This document shows, piece by piece, positions 11,701 through 25,567 of a stretch of 64,000 nt of DNA. Origin of the DNA: Marsupella aquatica (Eukaryota; Plantae; Marchantiophyta); contig OZ316897.1 in assembly GCA_973895155.1 (NCBI GenBank), positions 18,572,457-18,636,456 on the forward strand. The letters run 5' to 3'. The translations under genes and the position numbers were made by a program. The notes below the pieces were generated by a model. It made no database searches. It saw only the letters and a list, made by a program, of their open reading frames with translations, and was not told where the DNA came from. The stretch's first letter is position 1. Each line of letters begins with the position of its first letter.

Positions 11701-12686
11701 CTCTTTCCCACGTTTGAAGATACACGGAAACCTATATATAATAGAAGCCTCCAGAATGCTTGTAATCAGTGGTATCAATCATATCACACAATAGTGATGA
11801 GCTGCAAGAAGAAAATTTAGTGATGTGCATCACACTGAAAAGTCTAGTGAATTGAAGACTAACATGGAAATACTTGAGAAAGCCCTTGCACAGTCACAAG
11901 TGGCCCACAACTTTTTGTGAGTTGTGTTGGGAATCCCAATCAGGGTCTTCTCCAACAAGACAGTGTCATAGCTACAGTAGGTATGTGAATTATCTATATC
12001 AACGTTATGAAACCAAGTGATGCTTCAGTACCTCCTCATTAACCACAATATGGGTTCACCAATACTGAAGAGGGCAAATGCTTGTTAAAAATTTGGCAAT
12101 AGGGAGCGAACGGCCGATGATAGAAAAGCATACTGACACAGTTCATGCAAGGCTGCAGTCAAAACAACGCAAAGGTAAGTTGAACATTTATATCAATTCG
12201 CTCCTGAGGTTACTAAGTTAAGTTCAATGCTCAAACTGGACCCTGCAACTTCTGGCTTGGCTATATATTACCAAGCACTATTTGTGGGTCAAAACCAAAC
12301 TAATGTGGTAATGCTTAGTTTCATCCTCCATCAGATTAGTATAAAGAGATGTAGGTGCGACAATGGGCCGCCCACATGGTATGCACAATGAATTGTAAGT
12401 CTGTCTCGTGGCCGGGGGAAGGAATTTGAGATGAAGTAATGTATGCAAATGAGTGAAGAAGTTGGTTCCTTTGAGTGTTCACCAATCACTGTCTCAATCA
12501 AGAAAGCATATATACTAGCCCAACTACGCATTCTTTGAGCATAAATAGAATTGAGGATAGAAAAGTCGACGTCACTTCTGTTCCAGTGGACAACACTTCC
12601 ACTCAACAAACATCTGACGGAAAATACTCACAAGGGGCCTATTAGGTAAGAAAAGTTACCGCCCATCAGGTAAGAAAGGTTCACGG

Positions 12687-13003
12687 TGTGGGCAGAAATC
12701 AGATCAGGAAAAACACTCCAAACATACACGTGCTCAATAGTTACGTGGTTCGCCTCAAGGTTGGCTACGTCCACGGGAAGACCAAACTTTATTAATGGTT
12801 GTGTCTACTCAAGCATCACCATAGCTCTCATCTCTTGCTATATCAGTGTGTTCTCTCTTGAGAACTCTCTTGTGTGTTCTCACACCACATACAAGTTGAA
12901 GAGATAAGGACCAATCTCTTCAACTAGGGTTTACTCTAACCCTAGTTAACATACTAACCATAGTTCAACCCAAGACTGAGTTAACCTCTACAAACTCCCC
13001 CTT
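12687..13003 (-). mobile_element. 3' LTR plus polypurine tract of a second LTR family (truncated)
   Basis: Minus strand reads AAGGGGGAG-TT-TGTAGAGG at 13003-12985. Shares the TACGTGGTTC...GGCTAC.TCCAC motif with the 7449 LTR. Left boundary approximate. Confidence 0.65.
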
Positions 13004-13324
13004 GACTCACGTCTTGGGAGGGTTCATAACATTGTCTTTTCCTTACAAGTTCATCCGTGGGAAGTTCAAGACAGTAGGGCCAAAAGACCCTCCCCCTAAT
13101 GCAAGGGTTAACTAGAACTAAGCCGTATGACCAATCCTTATGGCAAAACATTATGGATTATGAACTTGGTAGTCCATAATTTTTTCCAGTCCCTGCCTTA
13201 ACTACCTGAGTTGAGGTCCTTCAAGTACTGAGCGTAGAGAGCTCCTAGTGAGGATAAGGGCCAGTGAGATCAAAGGTCCTGGGGAGAACAGCAAGCTCAA
13301 AGAAACCTTTTGCTCAGAGAATTA

Positions 13325-13655
13325 CACTGTTTCCTGTAACTGGTGTTATGTGGGAATTAGCTACTAACACTAATTTTTGTAAAGGTGATGTTGAATCCAA
13401 AATAACACTAATTTTTGTCCATCTTACACTTTTATTTTAGAGTGCTAGTAAAAAAATAGGTGATCTTGAGTCTAAAGTAACACTAATTCTTGCAGATTTT
13501 CCAACACATAGTTTTTTTCCACTCTTGAAACCAGAGTCACACAAAACTTGTGTTATATTAGAATTAGTGTGAGTAACACTAAGTCATGACCAGAGCCCAA
13601 AAATGTATCTTGAATTAGTGTAAGAATTGGTGCGAGTAACAGCAGGTGAAGAGTG
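13325..13655. mobile_element. TA-flanked non-autonomous TIR element
   Basis: TA|CACTGTTTCCTG...CAGGTGAAGAGTG|TA with internal ACACTAATT/AATTAGTGT repeats. Absent from the paralogous arm. Same family as 48357-49043. Confidence 0.8.
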
Positions 13656-13682
13656 TACATCCGATCATAACTAATCACTAAG

Positions 13683-16600
13683 CTATAGACTAGACACTTC
13701 TGCTTGAAAGGCTTGAAGAGCTCTGAGCGAAGACCCACCCTCCCCAACGGCCATTTCTACTGTTCTCTTCAGCTCTTGGATTCTCAGCTTCGTCTCCTTC
13801 CCTTCGTCTGAATTCATGAGGGTCCTCACTGCCTTTGCAATCTCCTCTGCCTTGAAATCACCATCAGCAGTCGGCTGTATCCCCACTCCTACTTTTGCAA
13901 CTTCGACCACAAATCTGCGACACTCGAAACCTTCAAGGATTAGGTCCTTCAATCCATAGACTCTAGATCTAGGCCTAAGCGGATTTGAGCACCGACAGAA
14001 GATCAGAACAGTTGAAGCTCTATGACTATGATGGACCCTGTCAAGAAGTCGGGAGTGCAATTGTGTACGAAGACAACCAAAGGTAACTTCAGGTTTTGAA
14101 TCTCTAAACCCTAAACCCCCCAAAACCAATAAATTTATTTCACTTGTTCCGCCAATTAATGCTCACATACCCCTTGTGGCCATGCCAAATGGAGGTAGAC
14201 CTCATGAAGTCACAAACCGCCAACCAAAATTATCTACTACTATCTATTGAGTAGAAACATGAAATTGATGATAGTCATAGTAACAAACCGCCAACCAAAA
14301 TTATCTACTACTATCTATTGAGTAGAAACATGAAATTGATGATAGTCATAGTAAGTAGATAGTGGCATGACTTTGACCAATTTCATGAGTCTCAACTTGA
14401 TGAGATTGAGAATGCCGTGAAATTGATTTCGCTGTTGATGAACTATAAAGAGATTTTTCAGCTTAGCAGGAGAGGGAGGTGCAGGAAAGAGGAGCTCACG
14501 CTTTGAAGATCCACCACATACCTAGCGTTGATGAATTGGTCACCCCAATAAGGCCATGGGATAACAGCAACGCCGGCGAGGATAGTTTCCACTAATGAAT
14601 TCCAGCCACAATGAGATATGAAGCCGTCCACGGAAGAGTGTGCAAGGATCTCCCGCTGTGGAGCCCAGTCAGGGCACACGAGTCCTCGTTCCTTGGTTCT
14701 CGATTGAAAGCCTTGCGGAAGAATGTCGGACACATCATAGGATGTTGAATTTCTGGTTCGATTTGGGCGTGGCAAGATCCACAAGAAGGGCTCTTCACAA
14801 AGCTCCAGCGCTCGTGCCAACTCAGTTACGGAGGTTTGGTCAAGCTCTGCCGTGCTGCCAAAGCAGACGTAGAGAACAGACCTTGCGGGTTGTGTGTCGA
14901 GAAAGCGCAAGCATCCTGAGTCGTCCGTCTCTGCCGTCGCCTCTCTCCTGCTTTCAACGACACCGTGAACTGGAAGACACTGTAGAAGCCCAATGAGATG
15001 TATGCTGGGGACCTGCACACATATTCAGACACCAGAGCAGCCTGCATTTGGTTTCTCAAGTTCTTGTTCTGTTGGAGGAGTGCTCAATCTGGAGGATTTA
15101 AGTAATTCACTTCATTCAAGGTTTTGCTATCCCGGCCCTCGCAGGTGATTATGGGGGACAATTTGCTATGATTTGTTGTAGTATTTATGAAGAGGTTAGA
15201 TCCCATTTGCCTTCTTTTGGCTCGTTGAACGCCATTCTGCAACCGCTGCCAGTTGGTTTGGCCTCTTGGACGCTAAAACCTGTACATTCATTCATCCGTT
15301 CCCCACACTTTCGCCGGCGCTCGTCTCTCTTTGTCAATCTTTCGTGACTATAGGACCAGGGCTTGGGAAACCAGAGCTCCTCTAGACACTTGACTTGCTC
15401 ATTTAATTATATTTCTAAGCTGGCAGATCGATTTCCTCTATCTGGCAATCAGGATTCCTACGAGTACTACAAAATCACGCCAATGAGGTGCACCTGTCCC
15501 ATACCTTGGCATCGCCCACAACTGTCTCCAGGCAAGTGCGAAGAGCTTTAGCTTCGGCCACCTCGTATGATTCCCAAGAGTTAATCAGAACTCCAGCTGC
15601 CTTTGAAAGATGTTTTGAATGTAATGCGTACCATTCAGGGATTGAAAATACGGATGTGCAGATGTCAGAAGCACGAAATACTTCCATCCCTGTTAAGTTC
15701 ACCTCTACGTCGGGTTTCTGAGTGACGCTCGGATCATAAGCAATCAGATCCGGGGCGTGCAGAACTAACAGTGCGAAAGTCGTCGGCGATGTGAAAAATG
15801 TGTACCTGGGAATTCCCAACTGATCTGCAATGTCCTGCACTCACGGACCAAATTCTCCCATCACTACGGGGATGAATCCACAGCAGTCAACACCACAATT
15901 TGTGTCTATGATACGAATGGACTAACAAGGGCTCTATGGGGTGCAATAGGATTCATCTCTGTGATCGGAACACTGTCGATCCCTTGTCTGTCTGTTGGAC
16001 AACTGAACGACCACATGAGCACAACCTAGCAGAGTCGAACAGCACGACATTGGAATGCAACAACGATAATTGAAGGCATTCGGTGAAGGGTAATCAGTTC
16101 AAATTTGGTGTTCAGATTTGAGAAAATGCCGTGCACCTGAACTAGTACGGGTGTCCAGTGAGCTAAGAGAGGGGAGAGCACTGGGGAAGAGCAGCAACTG
16201 TTGATCAAAGGCATAGAGGATAGACCAACAAACACGAAAGTGTCGTAAAGACTTTCGTTCAAACAAAGTGGAAAAGTTTTGAGCAATCGAGCATTAAATT
16301 GAGGTAGACTATGGGCCAGCAGTGACGACGAAGAATCTACAGTTGGGCAGCGGTGGCATAGCATCCGGAATACCTGAGTCCAATACAAGAACATGTCAGC
16401 GACGAGGAAAGTGGGTCCAGATCCGGCAGATTTCTGTGCAATGAGGTTCTCCTTCAAAGCTGGCTGCGTCCAAAACTCCTCCTTCATCAGCGTTAATGTT
16501 GTAACTGGCTTCACGAGTCTCTGTTTCGGAGGATCACTGAAAGCTTCCACAAGCTCTAAATAATGCAACCTATCGAAGTTTTCTTCACCCTTCAATTGCT

Positions 16601-16751
16601 GCAGCTCCGAGATCTGATCGGGTGTGCACAACACTGTGACTGATATGTGCCTATTCACGAGCTGCAGAATGAATATCTTCATGGGATTCCAATGCCCCTG
16701 ATGCGGGAGAGGAATCATCAGTGCATGCGGCCGACGATCAAGCGAAGCCAT
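13683..16751 (-). CDS. Family-1 UDP-glycosyltransferase, 4 exons (16751-16374, 15834-15505, 15012-14522, 13914-13683), 476 aa
   Basis: PLPHQGHWNP catalytic His, VADMF Asp, PSPG box WAPQREILAH...HCGWNS...WGDQ. GT-AG introns give a continuous frame. Confidence 0.95.
14212..14353. repeat. Exact 71-bp tandem duplication in intron 3 of the left UGT
   Basis: ACAAACCGCCAACC...GATAGTCATAGTA occurs twice. Confidence 0.9.
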
Positions 16752-16767
16752 TCAGCCTCAATGTTAA

Positions 16768-17115
16768 TTACTCGCCAGGTATCAATGTATCCAATCTGCT
16801 CTCGTCGTGTGTGGTCTTCGATTGACCTCCACTATCATCCATATGTTTGAGTTAACAATCCACCACATTTGAGGCATTATTATATATTAGAGCTGGCACG
16901 GGACACCTGGCACGGGACACATATTTCGCAACAGTTCGCTTTCCACCATGATTACTCACCAGGTATCAACGTATCCAATCTGCTCGTCGTGTCTGGTACT
17001 CGATTCACCTCCACTATCATCCAAGAACTTCACTCTTATGTTTGAGTTGACAATCCACCACTTTGAGACATTACTGGAGCTGGCACGGGAAACATATTTC
17101 GCAACACTTCCCTTT
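16768..17115. repeat. About 180-bp tandem duplication of the left UGT proximal promoter/5' leader
   Basis: ATTACTC(G/A)CCAGGTATCAA...ACATATTTCGCAACA occurs twice; single copy in the right arm. Confidence 0.85.
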
Positions 17116-20100
17116 CCAACATTTTGCGAATGGTTAATGTCTTCCTTTCAACACTTGGATGGTTAGAAGCAGCCATACATTAGCAGACCTCGTTGAAGCA
17201 AGCCAATGTTCCTGCGGTAGACCTTAGCACAATTCACTGCTAGACCATATATGATAGACCCTTAGCAATTGAGATGGAATACAACTCTACGCACATAGGG
17301 ATTTGCCAAAGTAAAACTATTGCACACGTACACATTACTTACAAATAAACCTCCATACACATGACAGTTGCAAATTCCTAATTAAAATTCCTGACTGAAT
17401 CTAAATTTGTGAATCTAAATTTGTGCAGTACAACAATGTAGCATACTTTAAAATTTGCAAAACTGTAGTACGTTATTTCGGTGCTAGCCTCCTCCTAGCC
17501 TCTACCTAGGCTATGTAGTGAAAATGCAGCAAATCCTAACTTGAACCCATCAAGTGTTTATTACTGCTAAACATTTCACAGCAACCCCATTTGATATTTG
17601 AAAGCCAAACTTGTCTAATCCAACCAATTCAATATTCACCCCAAGCCTATCAGCTATGTTAGGAGCCCTCCATTGTGCATTGTTGCATTGAACTGATGTT
17701 GTAGCCATGTCTCAGCTTCAGAGCGGGACCTGAAGGACCTTTGATTTGCTCCACTAAAACCAGTCACCTGAGCCTCTACCTAGCTTCTCCCTAGTGTTGT
17801 AAATCCCATGACTCTTACCCTTTGAAACTGCATGTGCACATCTCCTCCTACCTTCTGGTATGCATGCATTGACAATCACACATCAAAATATGTTATCGAA
17901 CACCATGAAAGCCCCATGCAAAATCTTGTGTGAAAGCAAATTAACCTAATGAAAACCGCAATATGGGAAAAATCATGGACCAAATTGGAAGACATTAACC
18001 ATATTGTCTTCACATAAGTTATTGTAGTCAAGTGACGATGGCCACTATTTTGCAAATTCCTGAACCGAGTCGTTCAACCGTCCAGGGTTGGGCCATAAAC
18101 TTCACATTAGTTGTTGTAAGTTAGTCAAAATATGAAGCAAAAATTGGTTCTAGAAACTGCTACAAGAACTTCTGACAAAAAAGTGTTAGGGAGGTGATAT
18201 TTGGTAAGAAACATTTTGTAAGGTCCTATCAGGTAAAAACATTTTGCCAAGGGTTCCATCAAGCATATACCTCAATGTATAGATGACTTTTGCAGGGGTA
18301 GACTATTTCATCAGTTACCGGTCGTTGATGTGAGTTATCAATTTAGGGTAATCTTCTATGTTATATTGTCCTGGCAGATGGACATGAGGTAGGTAATGGC
18401 AAAATCATATGTGAAAGGGCACATGTACTCATGAAAAAGCACACGGATCCAAATGCAAACAAACAAAAGAGAGACACTTGTCACATGATCACTACTCTAT
18501 ATCTACTAGTGAATCCCAAAGTACAAATATAATGTCAAAGTGATCATAAATTTGAACGCAGAGGAGACCAAGTTACCGTAAAAAGGACCGTTGGGCAATT
18601 GAAATTGCAATCAAACTAATAGTAGCGCTTGGCGCTGTTATAATGACACACCTTAAATTAGATGCAATTGAATGAGTTTATTAATAAATAGTGCATGGTG
18701 CTATTATTACATATACAATAAATTTGGATGATTTCACTCTATAACCAAGTTTTGTTAATATCTATTTTGGGTAATAACGGTGTGTTTTCTAGATAGTTGT
18801 AGAGAAGAGTAGACAGAAGTGTAGCAAATAAATTTTTGAACCATCATAGCAAGGCAAACTGGTGGAATGCCCTTGTTGATCTGAGCTGAACGGTAAGGTA
18901 CCTTAGGGGTTGCTGCATCAAGCTCTACGTATATTTCAACATCAGAGAGGTTACTTAGACGTGGTGTAATAACAGGCATTACTGAGTCCAAGGTAGACTC
19001 AACCAATTAATGAATTGTGATCCATAGGAGCATTCTGTAAATCCTGATTTGAGTCAAGAGTATGCAAACTATCAGGTTGCACATGAGCATTTGATGTTCC
19101 AGGCAGCGCCAACAATGACAGTAGAAAAAGTTCACATACTCATTGCTAGTAATTGGTGTAGACTGAAGTGCATGTATGATAAGTATAACTGATAGGAATG
19201 ATGCAAGGAGACTCATCGAATGGAACATAGGCAGATTCACAACCTCATTAGTGGAAGGAAACCATACACAATAATTCAAACCATCAGCTGCATAATTATC
19301 CAACCAAATATCCTTTACGGGCACGTGCAATAAATTGCTCACCATGAGGACGTTTCTCAAGTAGAGTGTGTACATATGCAACAACACCATAGGTACGGAG
19401 GTGTAGAATGTTGCTATGGTGTGGAAGACCAAAGGCCTGATGGATTCATGCATTGGGTGCACAGTCCCCTCCAGGGTTAACAGCGGTAGGAGATCTGTTG
19501 GTGATGTATTGGAGATTTGCGATAGATTCAATTAACTGCAACAGCATGAGTATATGTCATGAAACAACATCAGCGGCAGACAGGGGCCAACAGAGCTAAT
19601 AGGGGCACAACCTAACTGAGCTGGAATGTACAAGGCGCGGACTTGATGGCAACCAAGTGTCAACGTCGACAGCTGCAACATCTAACTACGTGGAAGAAAA
19701 AATGACAGCAAGCTAGATGTCATTAAATTTGAATGCAACCTAAACTCTCTACACATATCTATATGGTATAGCAGGTTAGTCCCTTCAAATTGTATGTCAG
19801 AATTAAGGAATATCACAGTGAGAAATATTGAGAGTGTCATATTCTCATAATAGTAACTTCAGTCTAAGTAGTGCCGGGCACTTATAAATAGGTCTTTCTA
19901 GACAAATGTCTTTTTTTAAGTATATTATAGTTGTTCTCGGGGGTTAATTTAGTGTATATTTTGGTATTTTATATTCCCATTTTAAAACCACAAAACCTAT
20001 TATATAATGGGAATATTCCAAAAATATTCTATATTTTCAATATCAATGATCTATTTTATTTTATTAACGGTATATATTAGAGAATATCCTATAAATATGA

Positions 20101-22483
20101 ATTTATAATACATGTACATTCTTTTGTTTTCTACACTTTTAAAAAATTTAGCTAATTTTTATCAAAAATACCTATTTTGGATCGCACGTGGTTCCTACAA
20201 TTTTTGATAATCAACCCCCCTGAACAATTGTTAAGTTCATAAAAAAGATCAAATTTCATCTCTGAAAGGAGAAATGTTTTTTGTTTCTTGCCATAAAACT
20301 CATGTTTTCTTTGACCATTTTCCTGTTATGATGTTTCCTGTTTCATGTCACTCAGATCTGGCCCTCTATAGGCTAGGTGAGCCTTTTTCATTCTTGACTA
20401 TTCTATGCTTGTTTATATAGTACTGGACTTGCATCAATTCAGATCTCTGAGATTGTGCAGCCATTGAGTCTCTTGTAGAGTCAAGCATGCCCTCTGGAGG
20501 TGGACATGTAGTGTGACACCTCTTTGCCATACCAGTTAGAAGTCTGAGGCAACTGTCCATGACATTGGAGTAGTTAATCATCATAGAAGCCATTGCTCTA
20601 GAGGAACAAGTGGTGGAGCTAGTGTATGAAGCAGAGAATTCCATTCAATATCATCAACAGTCTTATTTTAATTAATGAAGCATAGAATTCTATTCAATAT
20701 CATCAACAGCTATTTAATTAATGACATTGAATTTGTTTTGAACCCAAATGGATTGCGACTCTTTGAGTTCTTCGATCTGATGCAAGGTTCAAGGTTCAAG
20801 CCAGGGCATTTGCTCTCAGCCCAATGTAACTAACCTGACTCTTGGCGTCAATACCAATTGATAAGTAACATGAAGGCTATGTCTAACTACTTTGAACGGG
20901 TGCACTTTCAACTTGAATTTTGGTCGGCATGATAGATGACGACCTGCCGGGGGGCCATTTGGAAGTGGAGGTGGTGAAGGGCTGTCTGGAGGGGGACCTG
21001 GTGGAGGAGGATTACCGCAAGGATTTGGTTAGTCATTAACATAGTATCCTGTTTGCCGTTAACATATATAGTAGTCTCTTCTAGTGTAACAGATTTTAGT
21101 AGACACTTGCAAATCATCATTACACCATATGTAGTATAGATAGTTATTATGTACAGACATTGTTTAGAGTCTTTATAGAATTGCCATCTAGGCATTCATG
21201 GGACCCATCCCTATTATTTATCTTTCAGGCTAAATTATAAGAGTCATTCATTTGTGAATTTGTTTTACATACCCGTTTGCATATCAATAAACTTTCACCC
21301 CATCATGAAATTTCTCTTATTTCAAAATTTTGCAAGTTTAAATTTCTCATGGATTACATAATCCTACCTATGTACAAATACACTACAAATGTGTTGAACT
21401 TTTTTATAGGTAATGGTCTCAAGATGGACCATTAGTGCTTATAAAGGTCGACCATATGTCGGACCATGTATGCAAGGAGGCATAGGGGAGACTATGTAGG
21501 TGTATTTGCCCACCACGAACGCATTGGCCAATGTTAAGGTTGTCAGCCACGTCAACCCAATACCCTGCATGCCAAATCCATCTGCTGCAACTTTATAAGG
21601 TGCAAAACCCATCTCTATGTTCTACTACACACCCTATACATACAGTTCAATCTTAGTGACATGTAATCATTGGGAAAATGGCTAGTGTGAACTTATTAGT
21701 GAATGAACAAGTGAATGTCCCACCTGAAGGAAAACTAAATGTGCCTGGTGGCACAATTGATAGGCCAAGACGAATAAAAATCAACTCACGGAAAATGCAA
21801 GTGCCTCCAACCCACTAGGTGGCCCCCCACCGGGGCTATCTCACTGGCCGGTCTTTAGGAGTGTCCCCTACAGTAGGTTAAGCTAGTGTTCTGCTGCCTC
21901 TCTTCCCTGGCCTCACCTCTATATCTTGGTGCCGCACCCCGGCCGCGCCGCCCCAACCCCCCCCCCCCTTCCCAGCACTCCGACCTTTGGTCCACTTTGG
22001 GTGTTGTCCCCCTTTGGGCCACCCTGTTGTCAAAATTTCAATAGGATGTTTCAAGGCAAAAACAAACGCGAGTGCCTCGTTGTGTGAATGGTACAGTAAA
22101 GGTGGACTTGCTGCTTTTTAGTACCAATCCAAGATTATTAAAGTTTTCTCATTGAATCATTAAAGCAGGTTGGGATTGTTTATTCTACGAGTGGCAGTAA
22201 CTCTTCACAGTCAGATCATGTCAGAAATGACTGGTAGCCTGTTACGTATGGAAAACGTGACATGGACGTCACTCGCTGAGCAAATTGTGTGAAAGCCAAC
22301 TGGTGCAAAATATGTCTTCAGTGCCAGCTCCAATAATATCTCAAAGTGATGGATTGTCAATCAAATCGATCATAACAGTGAAGTTTTTGGGGTGACAGTG
22401 GAGGTGAATTGAGTATTACACACGACGAGAGCAGATTTTCATAGGATAATTGATACCTGGTGAGTAATTAACATTGAGGCTGA

Positions 22484-25400
22484 ATGGCTTCCCTTGATCG
22501 TCAGCCGCATGCACTGGTGATTCCTCTGCCGCATCAGGGGCATTGGAATCCCATGAAGATATTCATTCTACAGCTTGTGAGTAGGCACATATCAGTCACA
22601 GTGTTGTGCACACCCGATCAGATCTCGGAGCTGCAGCAATTGAAGGGTGAAGAAAACTTCGATAGGTTGCATTATTTAGAGCTTGTGGAAGCTTTCAGTG
22701 ATCCTCCGAAACAGAGACTCGTGAAGCCAGTTACAACATTAACGCTGATGAAGGAGGAGTTTTGGACGCAGCCAGCTTTGAAGGAGAACCTCATTGCACA
22801 GAAATCTGCCGGATCTGGACCCACTTTCCTCGTCGCTGACATGTTCTTGTATTGGACTCAGGTATTCCGGATGCTATGCCTCCGCTGCCCAACTGTAGAT
22901 TCTTCGTCGCTGCTGGCCCATAGTCTACCTCAATTTAATGCTCGATTGCTCAAAACTTTTCCACTTTGTTTGAACGAAAGTCTTTACGACACTTTCGTGT
23001 TTGTTGGTCTATCCTCTATGCCTTTGATCAACAGTTGCTGCTCTTCCCCAGTGCTCTCCCCTCTCTTAGCTCACTGGACACCCGTACTAGTTCAGGTGCA
23101 CGGCATTTTCTCAAATCTGAACACCAAATTTGAACTGATTACCCTTCACCGAATGCCTTCAATTATCGTTGTTGCATTCCAATATCCTCGTGCTGTTCGA
23201 CTCTCTTAGGTTGTGCCCATGTAGGTCGTTCAGTTGTCCAACAGACGGACAAGGGTTCGACAGTGTTCCGATCACACAGATAATCCTATTGCACCCCATA
23301 GACGCCTTTGTTAGTTCATTACGTTCATAGATACAAACTGTGGTGTTGACTGCTGTGGATTCATCCCTGTAGTGATGCGAGAATTTGGTGCGTGAGTGCA
23401 GGACATTGCAGATCAGTTGGGAATTCCCAGGTACACATATTTCACAACGCCGACGACTTTCCCACTGTTAGTTCTGCACGCCCCGGATCTGATTGCTTAT
23501 GATCCGAGCGTCACTCAGAAACCCGATGTGGAGGTGAACTTAACAGGGATGAAATTATTTCGTGCTTCTGACATCTGCACTGCGGTATTTGCAATCCCAG
23601 AAACGTACACATTACATTCAAAATATCTTTCAAAGGCAGCTGGAATTCTGATTAACTCTTGGGAATCATACGAGGTGGAAGAAGTTAAAGCTCTTCGCAC
23701 TTGCCTGGAGAAAGTTGTGGGCGATGCCAAGGTACGGGATGGGTGCTCCTCATTGGCGTGATTTTCTAGTACTCATAGCGAATCCTGATTGCCGGCTGAA
23801 ACGAATCGATCTGCCAGCTTAGAAATATATTTATTAAATGAGCAAGTCAAGTGTCTAGAGGAGCTCTGGTTTCCCAAGCCCTGGTCCTACAATCACGAAA
23901 GCCTGACGAAGAGAGAGGAGCGCCGGCGAAAGTGTGGGGAACAGATGAATGAATGTACAAGATTTTGGGGTCCAAGAGGCCAAACCAACTGGCAGAGGTT
24001 GCAGAAATGGCGTTCGACGAGCCAAAAGAAGGGAAATGGGATCTAACCTCCTCATGAAACCTACAACAAATCATAGCAAATTGTCCCCCGTAATCATCTG
24101 CGAGGGCCGGGATAGCAAAAGCCTAGAATGAAGAAAGTATGTGAATTACTTAGATCCTCCAGATTGAGCACTCCTCCAACAGAACAAAAACTTGAGAAAC
24201 CAAATGCAGGCTGCTCTGGTCTCTGTCTCATTTTCTTGAAGATGTGTGCAGGTCCCCAGCATACATCTCATTGGGCCTCTACAGTGGCTTCCAGTTCACC
24301 GTGGCGTTGAAAGCAGGAGAGAGGCGACGGCAGAGACGGACGACTCAGGATGCTTGCGCTTTCTCGACACACAACCCGCAAGGTCTGTTCTATACGTCTG
24401 CTTTGGCAGCGCGGCAGAGCTTGACCAAACCTCCGTAACCGAGCTGGCACGAGCGCTGGAGCTTTGTGAAGAGCCCTTCTTGTGGATCTTGCCACGCCCA
24501 AATCGAAGCAGAAACTCGATATCCTATGATGTGTCCGACATTCTTCCGCAAGGCTTTCAATCGAGAACCAAGGAACGAGGACTCGTGTGCCCAGACTGGG
24601 CTCCACAGCAGGAGATCCTTGCACATTCATCGGTGGGCGGTTTCATTTCTCATTGTGGCTGGAATTCATTAGTGGAAACTATCCTCGCCGGCGTTGCTGT
24701 TATCGCATGGCCCTATTGGGGTGACCAATTCATGAACGCCAGGTATGTGGTGGATCTTGAGATCATGAGCTCCTCGTTCCTGCACCTCCTCTCCTACTAA
24801 GCTGAAAAATGTGTTAAGAGTTTACCAACAGATAAATCAATTTCACGGCATTCTCAATTTCATCAAGTTGAGAGTCATGACATTGATTAAAGTCATGCCA
24901 CTCTCTGGCTTACTATGATTGTCATCAATTTCATGGCTCTACTCAATAAATAGTAGTAGATAGTGATGCTTGGCTGCTGTCACTTTTTCCAAAACCTTCA
25001 CTTCTTCAGTCGCCTTTGGATCCTTAAGAACTGTTTGTGACTTCGTGAGGTCTACCTCCATTTGGCGTGATCACAAGGGGTATATGTCTGCATTAATTGG
25101 CGGAACAAGTGAATTAATTTATTAGGTTCTGAAACGAGAGATTCGCAAACTGAAGTTTCCTTTCTCTGTCTTCGTGCACGAATGCACTCCTGAGCTCTTG
25201 ACAGAGTCCTTCATAGTCAGAGAGGCTTCAACTTTTCTGATCTTCTGAAGGGTGCTGAAATCCGCTTAGGCCTAGATCGAGAGTCTATGGATTGAAGGAC
25301 CTAATCCTTGAAGGGTTCGTGTGGTGCAGATTCGTGGTCGAAGTGGCAAAAGTAGGAGTGCGGATACAGCCGACTGCTGATGGTGCGTTCGAGGCAGGGG

Positions 25401-25567
25401 AGATTGCCAAGGCTGTGAGAACGCTTATGAATTCAGACGAAGGGAAGGAGAAGAAGCTGAGAATCCAAGAGCTGAAGAGAGCAGTAGAAATGGCAGTTGG
25501 GGAGGGTGGGTCTTCGCTCAGAGCTCTTCAAGACTTTCAAGCAGAAGTGTCTAGTCTAGCTTATTGA
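22484..25567 (+). CDS. Family-1 UDP-glycosyltransferase paralog, 4 exons (22484-22861, 23402-23731, 24252-24742, 25330-25567), 478 aa
   Basis: Same motifs as the left copy; PSPG WAPQQEILAHSSVGGFISHCGWNS...WGDQ. Exon lengths sum to 1437 nt in frame. Confidence 0.95.

Noticed and set aside
14103-14122. Telomere-like CCCTAAA sequence
   Set aside because: Only about two units, consistent with chance or a telo-box
16026-16373. 241-aa ORFs suggesting a longer UGT exon 1 (also 22862-23209)
   Set aside because: Read-through into intron 1; UGT similarity ends at the CAG|GTATTC donor
18755-19531. 83-aa and 174-aa ORFs in the UGT spacer
   Set aside because: No recognisable motif; probably decayed repeat sequence
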